Source: Candidatus Gastranaerophilales bacterium (lineage in GTDB: Bacteria; Cyanobacteriota; Vampirovibrionia; Gastranaerophilales; Gastranaerophilaceae). From it: DNA of 30,195 bases. Positions 24,193 through 30,195 of this stretch are shown one piece after another (position 1 is the first letter of the stretch; each line of letters opens with the position of its first letter). Below the pieces are notes generated by a model that was not told where the DNA came from, did no database searches, and saw nothing but the letters and a program-made list of their open reading frames with translations. Made by a program: the position numbers and the translations under genes. The stretch is from contig CALVER010000001.1 of NCBI GenBank assembly GCA_944326625.1, forward strand, positions 1 to 30,195. The letters run 5' to 3'.

Positions 24193-25515
24193 TTACACCT
24201 GATGAGATTTTTTCCAATTTTTAATATTTTCCAATTTAGCTTTATACTTAACTTCCAGCCCCTGCTCAGTCGGTCTGTAATACTCTTTGCCGAGTAATGA
24301 ATCAGGCAGACACTGCATATTTGTAAGCTTTTCCTGCGTATCGTGCGCATACTGATAACCTTTACCGTAATCCAATTCTTTCATCAATTTAGTCGGAGCA
24401 TTTCTGATAACAAGCGGCACAGGTTCCGCTAATTCTTTGATTGCATCGCGTTTTGCAGATTCATAGGCCATATATAAAGCATTGGATTTTGGCGCAAGCG
24501 ACATGTAAATAACCGCCTGAGTTAAATGAACTGAACATTCCGGCATACCGATAAAATGACATGCCTGATATGCCGCAACTGCAATTTCGAGCGCATGCGG
24601 ATCCGCAAGCCCTACATCTTCACTAGCAAACCTTGTAACCCGTCTTGCGACATACAAAGGATCTTCACCGGCCTCAAGCATTCTCGCAAGCCAATATACT
24701 GCGGCATCCGGATCTGAATTACGCATTGATTTATGTAGTGCTGAAATAATATTATAGTGTTCTTCACCGTTTTTATCATATATAAGTGATTTTTTACTTA
24801 TACACTGTCCCAAAGTCTCGTCAGTAACAGTAATTTCGCCGTCTTTTCCGACATCGCCGTTTAAAACTACCATTTCCAGAGTAGAAAGTGCGTTTCGCGC
24901 ATCACCGTTAGCGAATTTAGCAACAATCTCAAGCTGTTCATTCGATATATTAACTTTTTGATCGCCAAACCCTCTTTTATCAGTAATGGCACGTTTTAAA
25001 AGCATAACCAAATCTTCAGTTTTCAACCCCTGCAATACAAAAACTTTACATCTTGAAAGAAGCGCACTATTAACCTCAAACGAAGGATTTTCAGTAGTTG
25101 CACCGATTAGAATAATGCTGCCTTTTTCAACAAACGGTAAAAAAGCGTCCTGCTGGGCTTTATTAAAACGGTGGATTTCATCCACGAAAACAATTGTTTT
25201 TTCACCGATTTTGCGGGCGTTTTCAGCTTGAGCCATAACGGTTTTAATTTCCTTAATTCCGCTTGTGACTGCAGAAAAATTTATAAAAGCGGAATTAGTT
25301 TTATTAGCAATAATACTGGCAAGAGTTGTTTTGCCGACACCCGGAGGCCCCCAAAATATCATAGATGATATTTTGTCATCTTCAATAAGTCGGCGTAAAA
25401 TTTTCCCCTCGCCGATAAGATGAGATTGTCCTACGAATTCATCCAGGCTTTGCGGTCTTAAACGTGAGGCAAGCGGCTGATTAACTTCATTTTCAAAAAG
25501 TGATTTTTGCTCCAT
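24193..25515 (-). CDS. rarA: Replication-associated recombination protein A (MgsA/RarA AAA+ ATPase)
   Basis: PLASRLRP, WGPPGVGKTT, FVDEIHRFNKAQQD, GATTENPSF, GDARNAL, ISALHKSMR, ASEDVGLAD, KSNALY, YQYAHD. Confidence 0.96.
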   Translation of the reverse strand: MEQKSLFENEVNQPLASRLRPQSLDEFVGQSHLIGEGKILRRLIEDDKISSMIFWGPPGVGKTTLASIIANKTNSAFINFSAVTSGIKEIKTVMAQAENARKIGEKTIVFVDEIHRFNKAQQDAFLPFVEKGSIILIGATTENPSFEVNSALLSRCKVFVLQGLKTEDLVMLLKRAITDKRGFGDQKVNISNEQLEIVAKFANGDARNALSTLEMVVLNGDVGKDGEITVTDETLGQCISKKSLIYDKNGEEHYNIISALHKSMRNSDPDAAVYWLARMLEAGEDPLYVARRVTRFASEDVGLADPHALEIAVAAYQACHFIGMPECSVHLTQAVIYMSLAPKSNALYMAYESAKRDAIKELAEPVPLVIRNAPTKLMKELDYGKGYQYAHDTQEKLTNMQCLPDSLLGKEYYRPTEQGLEVKYKAKLENIKNWKKSHQV

Positions 25516-25516
25516 A

Positions 25517-26224
25517 TTATCCCTTTTTCATTTTTCTTTTATCTTCCGAAAAAACATGACTTTTTTCAAGTAGGTTCATAATTTTGTTTTCATTAACAGT
25601 TCCGTCAAGCAAAATACTAATCCAGCTTTTTTTATTCATGTGATATGCCGGATAAAACCCTTTAACCTTTAGCAGATCTTCAATTTCGGAATTATCAAGT
25701 TTAATATTCAAAATTTCAACTTCACCTTTTGAACTTTTATCAAGCTTTGATTTATCGACACGTAAAATAACAGCGTACCACTTTTGGCTTTTAGGATTTC
25801 GAAACACGCCGTGCCCCGGGAATTTGTCCCACAAAAATTCAGGCAAATCGCCATATTTTTCTTTTATAAAATCCGTAATAAGATTAGATTGCGGGAAAAT
25901 AAAAAATGTATTATTGCAGCAATTTTCGGCAATAATATTCAATGCGCATTCATAAGCCTTCCTGACATCGCCGACAAAAGTACCCTGAGCATCCTCCATT
26001 AAATGAAGCGTATATTCATCATTTGAAGAAGAATCTAAAAGCTTTGTATCAACCTTTTTTTCGCCATTTACGCATACGATTAAATCAAATTGATTATCCA
26101 AAATTTTTTCAGTGTAGTAAAAAGTATGCTTTTCAGCGCTTTTTCTTTGAACAAAACCGAATTTCAAAAGTTTTGTCCTGTCAAATTTTTTATTCTTAAA
26201 AATTTTGTCGGAAATACAATCCAT
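25517..26224 (-). CDS. MmcQ/YjbR-family DNA-binding protein with an N-terminal extension
   Basis: PEFLWDKFP, VFRN...KWYAVI, ILNIK, FYPAYHMNKKSWISILLDG. Start 26224 behind AAGGGA (alternative 26254). The stop abuts the rarA SD. Confidence 0.88.
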   Translation of the reverse strand: MDCISDKIFKNKKFDRTKLLKFGFVQRKSAEKHTFYYTEKILDNQFDLIVCVNGEKKVDTKLLDSSSNDEYTLHLMEDAQGTFVGDVRKAYECALNIIAENCCNNTFFIFPQSNLITDFIKEKYGDLPEFLWDKFPGHGVFRNPKSQKWYAVILRVDKSKLDKSSKGEVEILNIKLDNSEIEDLLKVKGFYPAYHMNKKSWISILLDGTVNENKIMNLLEKSHVFSEDKRKMKKG

Positions 26225-26280
26225 AAATAATCCCTTGTACTTAAATTCTAACACAATACAAGTATTTCATCTAATAATCC

Positions 26281-26320
26281 GCAAAAAATTAGAGCCCGAA
26301 CAAAAATGTTCGGGCTCTAA
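26281..26320 (-). terminator. Intrinsic terminator of tRNA-Ser
   Basis: Perfect 14-bp stem TTAGAGCCCGAACA-AAAA-TGTTCGGGCTCTAA (26289-26320), followed on the minus strand by a U tract. Starts 2 nt after the tRNA. Confidence 0.85.
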
Positions 26321-26322
26321 AA

Positions 26323-26412
26323 CGGAGCAAGAGGGATTTGAACCCTCGAGGCAGGTTAGACCCACCTAACACCTTAGCAGGGTGCCGCCTTCAGCCACTC
26401 GGCCATTACTCC
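26323..26412 (-). tRNA. trnS: tRNA-Ser (anticodon GCT), class II with long variable arm, CCA not encoded
   Basis: Minus strand: GGAGTAA acceptor / TTGCTCC-G73, D arm GCC-GAGTGGCTGAA-GGC, anticodon arm GCACC-CT-GCT-AA-GGTGT, variable arm AGGTGGGT/ACCTGCCT, T arm GAGGG-TTCAAAT-CCCTC. Confidence 0.97.
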
Positions 26413-26450
26413 AATTTTCATGCCGGCAGGTGAAACCAGCCGATACTTCA

Positions 26451-26459
26451 AGTATATCA
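26451..26459 (-). promoter_or_regulatory. Extended -10 promoter (TG-A-TATACT) for tRNA-Ser
   Basis: Reverse complement reads TGATATACT, about 38 bp upstream of the tRNA 5' end. Confidence 0.55.
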
Positions 26460-26533
26460 TAAATATTTTTTTTTAAAAGAGGCTAAAAATTATTTTTTAG
26501 TTTATAATATTTTTATATATAGGAGAGAAAATT

Positions 26534-27307
26534 ATGACAATAAGAATTGCAGACAAAGAATTCACATCAAGGTTAATGGTTGGCACAGGAAAATTTGATG
26601 ATTTTGAAACAATGGAAAAAGCTCACAGAGCAAGCGGAGCAGAAATCGTTACCGTTGCCATAAGAAGAGTTGATATGAAAGCGCCGGGGCATGTAGGGCT
26701 TATGGATCATATTGACCTTAATAAATACTGGCTTTTACCGAACACTGCTGGCTGTGCAACCGCAGAGGAAGCAATTCGTGTTGCAAGACTTTCAAAAGCT
26801 ATGGGAATAAACAACTGGATTAAACTTGAGGTAATTCCTGATCCTACATATTTAATGCCTGATCCGATTGCGACTTTGGAAGCAGCAAAAGTACTTGTCG
26901 ATGAAGGCTTTACCGTATTACCTTATATAAATGCTGATCCGATTTTAGCAAAAAGACTTGAAGAAATCGGCTGTGCGACGATTATGCCTCTGGCCTCACC
27001 CATAGGCTCCGGTCAGGGCGTAAAAACACTTGAAAATATAAAAATCATTATTGAACAGGCAAATATTCCTGTTGTTGTAGATGCAGGAATAGGTGTTCCG
27101 TCAGATGCCGCAACGGTTATGGAATGCGGCGCTGATTTTTGTCTTATAAATACAGCTATTGCCAAGGCGCAGGATCCTGTTAAAATGGCAGAAGCATTCA
27201 AATACGGCGTAATGGCAGGCCGCGCAGCTTATGAAGCCGGCAGAATGCCTAAAAAAGAAATCGCGTCAGCATCTTCACCGCTTGTTGGTGTTGTCGGTAA
27301 AAATTAG
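26534..27307 (+). CDS. thiG: Thiazole synthase
   Basis: [32 protein letters not shown] (catalytic Lys), [34 protein letters not shown]. Confidence 0.97.
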   Translation: MTIRIADKEFTSRLMVGTGKFDDFETMEKAHRASGAEIVTVAIRRVDMKAPGHVGLMDHIDLNKYWLLPNTAGCATAEEAIRVARLSKAMGINNWIKLEVIPDPTYLMPDPIATLEAAKVLVDEGFTVLPYINADPILAKRLEEIGCATIMPLASPIGSGQGVKTLENIKIIIEQANIPVVVDAGIGVPSDAATVMECGADFCLINTAIAKAQDPVKMAEAFKYGVMAGRAAYEAGRMPKKEIASASSPLVGVVGKN

Positions 27308-27322
27308 AAAGGTTAAATAAAT

Positions 27323-27838
27323 ATGATAGAAATGAAAGTTATGGGCATTGCCCTTGATACCAGAACAGGCTCTCCGATTGTTGTTTTGCACGACAAAGAC
27401 AATAGAAAAGCCCTGCCTATATGGATTGGTTCAGCAGAGGCAAGCGCTATAATCAGGAAAATTGAAAATCTTACTGTAGCACGCCCGATGACACACGACT
27501 TAATCATAAATATAATTGAGAAAACGGGCTACACTCTTGATAGAGTCGAAATTAACGACGTTGAAAAAGAAACTTATTTTGCAACTTTATTTTTAAAAGA
27601 CGATAATGATAATTTTATAGAAATAGATTCTCGTCCGTCAGATGCTATAGCAATTGCAATAAGGGTTGACGCACCTATATTTGTAACGGCAAATGTTCTC
27701 TCTAACGGCTCTGTTTCAACCGATACCGCAAAAGACGAGGAAGAAGCTCAAGAGTTTAAAAACTTTATCCAGAGCATTAAGCCGTCTGACTTTGCCAAAT
27801 TAATGAAGGACAATGAACGCCACGAAAGCGATCAATAG
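27323..27838 (+). CDS. Bifunctional nuclease family protein (DUF151)
   Basis: LPIWIGSAEASAI, RPMTHDL, IDSRPSDAIAIA, APIFV. Confidence 0.93.
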   Translation: MIEMKVMGIALDTRTGSPIVVLHDKDNRKALPIWIGSAEASAIIRKIENLTVARPMTHDLIINIIEKTGYTLDRVEINDVEKETYFATLFLKDDNDNFIEIDSRPSDAIAIAIRVDAPIFVTANVLSNGSVSTDTAKDEEEAQEFKNFIQSIKPSDFAKLMKDNERHESDQ

Positions 27839-27839
27839 A

Positions 27840-28031
27840 TTAAGCAAGTAAATCCAATTTATTTGCTAATGGTGTTGAACATAAATTTGTGCTTGATACA
27901 GCCGGATGCAGTTCTCTGTCTTTTACCGCGTTAATACTTGCAGTAACGCCGCTTTCGTAACGGTTCTGCGCCAACTTTATATCGTTACCGCTGTATAAAT
28001 TCCCGATTTTAGCTAATGAATTAATAGACAT
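27840..28031 (-). CDS. Small hypothetical protein (63 aa) ending in KLDLLA
   Basis: ATG 28031 behind GGGGA SD, with its own TATAAT at 28055-28060. The stop lies 1 bp from the convergent DUF151 stop. Confidence 0.65.
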   Translation of the reverse strand: MSINSLAKIGNLYSGNDIKLAQNRYESGVTASINAVKDRELHPAVSSTNLCSTPLANKLDLLA

Positions 28032-28105
28032 ATTAATCCCCAATTTTTCCCTATATTATAATAAAGTAATTGGGAATTAAAAAATTGCCTCTTTGTAACA
28101 AAATA

Positions 28106-28267
28106 TTACATCAGAAAAAAATTTTTCTGATAATTTACATTGTAAATCGGCTTTGCAGGATTGAATTTTGGGATAAAAACGCCTAACTGAGACTCTTCTT
28201 CTTTTTTAAAACCGGATAGGCCTATAATTCTGTCATCGTCTTTAAATAAACTTTTAAAGAATTCCAT
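28106..28267 (-). CDS. Small hypothetical protein (53 aa), below the ORF-track cutoff
   Basis: Hand translation: MEFFKSLFKDDDRIIGLSGFKKEEESQLGVFIPKFNPAKPIYNVNYQKNFFLM*. SD AGAAGGTGA lies 4 nt before the ATG. The ORF fills an otherwise empty gap of about 310 bp. Confidence 0.6.
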   Translation of the reverse strand: MEFFKSLFKDDDRIIGLSGFKKEEESQLGVFIPKFNPAKPIYNVNYQKNFFLM

Positions 28268-28341
28268 TTGCTCACCTTCTTTTGTTTAGTGTATAATATT
28301 TTTAATAATGAACTTGAAAAAGTCAAAAAGGAGAAAAAACT

Positions 28342-28545
28342 ATGACACAAAAAATTACAAAAGAAATGAACATTATGGATATAGTTCAAGCTTGTCCGCA
28401 AAGTATTGAAGTATTCCAAAAATACGGCTTGGGATGTATCGGCTGCGCTGCCGCACGTTTTGAAAATCTTGAAGCAGGCGCTAAAGTTCACGGATTTGAT
28501 CCTGATGCAATGGTTGCCGATATTAACGCTTTAATTGAAGAATAA
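28342..28545 (+). CDS. DUF1858 domain protein (hybrid-cluster-associated redox CxxC domain)
   Basis: ITKEMNIMDIV...VFQKYGLGCIGC...ENLEAGAKVHG. SD AAGGAG. Confidence 0.92.
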   Translation: MTQKITKEMNIMDIVQACPQSIEVFQKYGLGCIGCAAARFENLEAGAKVHGFDPDAMVADINALIEE

Positions 28546-28577
28546 AAAAAAGAGGTTCATCTGAACCTCTTTTTTTT
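28544..28577. terminator. Bidirectional intrinsic terminator A8-GAGGTTCA-TC-TGAACCTC-T8
   Basis: 16-bp inverted repeat that includes both convergent stop codons. Confidence 0.85.
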
Positions 28578-30195
28578 AAGCCTTATTCAAAAAACCTGCC
28601 ATTGTCGGTTTATTTGTAACAACCCTCATTGAATCCGGCACCTGAGTTTGTTTTGCCATATTCTGCATTGATTGTTCTTTTTGTTCCGCGATACGGGCTT
28701 TTGTCATTTTTTCGCAGTGTTTTGAAATCCAAATCATCAATGCAGGTACAAGGAAGATTGTAGATGCAAAACCAAACAAGCTGTTATAAGTTTTTGCGCG
28801 TTTTACGAGTGTATTACCTTCATCCGCCAGCTTTTTAACAATAGTTTTATAAGCATCCGTATCTTTTGCTTTATCAAAAGATTTTATTATATCCGCAAGC
28901 TTCATATTTTTATCCGGAGCTTTGCCGAGGATTTGACTGGCTGCAGATTTAATATCTTTATCAATATTAAGCATTTTACCGACATTACCGCCGTTGGAAT
29001 CGACAAATCTGAACATATCATTGATACCGTCTTTGTAAGAAGCTACGTTACTATAGCTTGCCTTAATTCTTGTATCATCAAGCACTTGAACTCCGCCTGA
29101 CGGATAGATATAATGCCAGATTTTTTTGAATACAGAATCATCTTTTGTATGCGGTTTAGTGTTAAGAGCAAGGCCTGAAGTTTTTGCAAATACATCAGAA
29201 AAGACTCTTGTAAGGATTTTTGCACCGAACAAAATAGACAAGAAACTTGTAACATCACGGAACAATATTTCTTTTCTGTCAGTGCTGCTCTGTGCGTGTT
29301 TCAATCTCGGGGGGAGACAAAAACCGAACAGCAATGTTAACATTGCAGGCATTGACATTGTTGCGCCGTCAAATTCAAACCCGTCAGAGAATTTTTTAAG
29401 TCCTTTTGACTCAGTAACTGTTTTGCCGACTTTTGCCATTGCACTGCCAAGCCCGGTAAATGACGGTTCTGATTTTACGTTATCTTCAGACTTTTCGTCT
29501 TTTACATCTTTATTATCCTTTGAGAATGTCGGATTAGAAGTTTTATTTACATTTTGATCCTGAATATCAAGTCCGTCCAATCCGGGATCTCTGCCTTTTG
29601 TAACATGGTTGTATAATTTCGGGATTATAGTATAGAAACCTACAACCGCAAGCCACATACTGATATTTGATAAAAATCTTGTACCTGAACGTCTTTGGCT
29701 AAGAGTTTTCACAAACTTTTCAACATTTTCGGGACTAAGATTTTTTACATCTTTGAATTTTTTATTTACATGTTTAATTGCATCATTAGCGTAATCATTC
29801 ATGTGACCCAGAACTGACTTAAAAGAGGATGCAATCTTCTTGCCGTCTTTACCGACATATTCGGCAACCACATTATCGCTTTCAGCACCTAAATACTGTT
29901 TACGAAGTTTTATAAAATCTTCCAAAAGTTCATGCTGCAAATCCTGAGCAGAACCTTGAACATGTTTGCCGGTTAAATGTTTCCAAAAACCTTTTTTCGG
30001 AGCCTTTTCGGCAACAATTAATTTATCGGCAAAAGTTTTTGCGGTATTTTCAAGTTCTTCACCCTGCAGCAAATTATTTGTTGATGTAGATAACATATTC
30101 TTAAATACATCTTTATAAAAGCCGTGTTTTGTAGCCGCAGCATTATTCAATGTAGAAAGATTAGATTTTGCATAACCGTTGAATGTTTCGCCCAA
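28576..30195 (-). CDS. Large lineage-specific membrane protein, 5' end outside the window
   Basis: At least 539 aa open to the window edge; the TTG 'start' is an edge artefact. Hydrophobic segments NISMWLAVVGFYTIIP, PAMLTLLFGFCLPP, VTSFLSILFG, LFGFASTIFLVPALMIWI. No family recognised. Confidence 0.8.
   Translation of the reverse strand: MGETFNGYAKSNLSTLNNAAATKHGFYKDVFKNMLSTSTNNLLQGEELENTAKTFADKLIVAEKAPKKGFWKHLTGKHVQGSAQDLQHELLEDFIKLRKQYLGAESDNVVAEYVGKDGKKIASSFKSVLGHMNDYANDAIKHVNKKFKDVKNLSPENVEKFVKTLSQRRSGTRFLSNISMWLAVVGFYTIIPKLYNHVTKGRDPGLDGLDIQDQNVNKTSNPTFSKDNKDVKDEKSEDNVKSEPSFTGLGSAMAKVGKTVTESKGLKKFSDGFEFDGATMSMPAMLTLLFGFCLPPRLKHAQSSTDRKEILFRDVTSFLSILFGAKILTRVFSDVFAKTSGLALNTKPHTKDDSVFKKIWHYIYPSGGVQVLDDTRIKASYSNVASYKDGINDMFRFVDSNGGNVGKMLNIDKDIKSAASQILGKAPDKNMKLADIIKSFDKAKDTDAYKTIVKKLADEGNTLVKRAKTYNSLFGFASTIFLVPALMIWISKHCEKMTKARIAEQKEQSMQNMAKQTQVPDSMRVVTNKPTMAGFLNKA

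Noticed and set aside
26323-26345. tRNA-Ser 3' end as an att site of an integrated element
   Set aside because: I found no second copy of the tRNA 3' sequence in the window and no integrase, and an intact terminator follows the tRNA directly.
26420-26533. TPP riboswitch upstream of thiG
   Set aside because: No CUGAGA or other TPP aptamer hallmarks, and the region is too short and AT-rich. The small GC hairpin at 26422-26442 belongs to the tRNA leader side.
1513-29557. Numerous 60-143 aa ORFs in the track lying antisense or out of frame inside longer genes (e.g. 1946-2197, 3224-3538, 10644-10943, 18435-18791, 21036-21326, 29126-29557)
   Set aside because: They are fully nested in well-supported genes, lack SDs and lack recognisable motifs. 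They are best explained as shadow ORFs.
1-30195. CRISPR array, IS/transposase, integrase, prophage, rRNA or recognisable defence system
   Set aside because: I saw no regularly spaced repeats, terminal inverted repeats with target duplications, or ORFs with the relevant motifs. RmuC and DUF151 are nuclease-fold proteins but sit in housekeeping contexts.
30193-30195. TTG start codon for the last ORF
   Set aside because: It coincides with the window edge, so the gene almost certainly starts further upstream.
1-30195. Cyanobacterial HIP1 octamer (GCGATCGC) enrichment
   Set aside because: I saw no copy while reading, though this was not a computed count. This is consistent with a non-oxygenic-Cyanobacteria origin.

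Overview
Gene-dense, AT-rich bacterial chromosomal window with about 33 CDS and one tRNA-Ser(GCT). I found no CRISPR array, IS element, integrase or rRNA. The mix of cyanobacterial-type envelope genes (IctB family, DUF4330, GHL10 hydrolase), gut-Firmicutes-type metabolic and metal genes, and lineage-specific small or membrane hypotheticals suggests a non-photosynthetic Melainabacteria (Gastranaerophilales-like) genome; this assignment is inference. Gene order, left to right: ictB-like (partial), DUF4330, heptose-7-P kinase, metallophosphoesterase, ispG, a secreted protein/TPR/GHL10 operon, comEC, rmuC, a DegU/NarL-like regulator, a sensor-less histidine kinase, orphan oadG, a signal-peptide TreS-like GH13, acyltransferase-3, C_GCAxxG_C_C protein, SmtB/ArsR repressor with a divergent P1B-2 ATPase, ilvE, DUF3737, LysR, flavodoxin, YkgJ, uridine-kinase-like protein, rarA, MmcQ/YjbR, tRNA-Ser, thiG, DUF151 nuclease, two small proteins, DUF1858 and a partial membrane protein. 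No single complete new system is evident. The most notable unexplained signals are: (1) five genes with an identical -10-N6-ATG geometry and no Shine-Dalgarno, suggesting leaderless mRNAs; (2) a symmetric triple-CATG element in the rmuC/regulator divergent promoter; (3) a recurring 17-bp TGTAA-N7-TTACA box; (4) a 53-aa ORF missed by the ORF track, sitting in a dyad-rich small-protein locus; (5) an apparently exported TreS-like enzyme; and (6) an ictB gene in an operon with an ADP-heptose pathway kinase.
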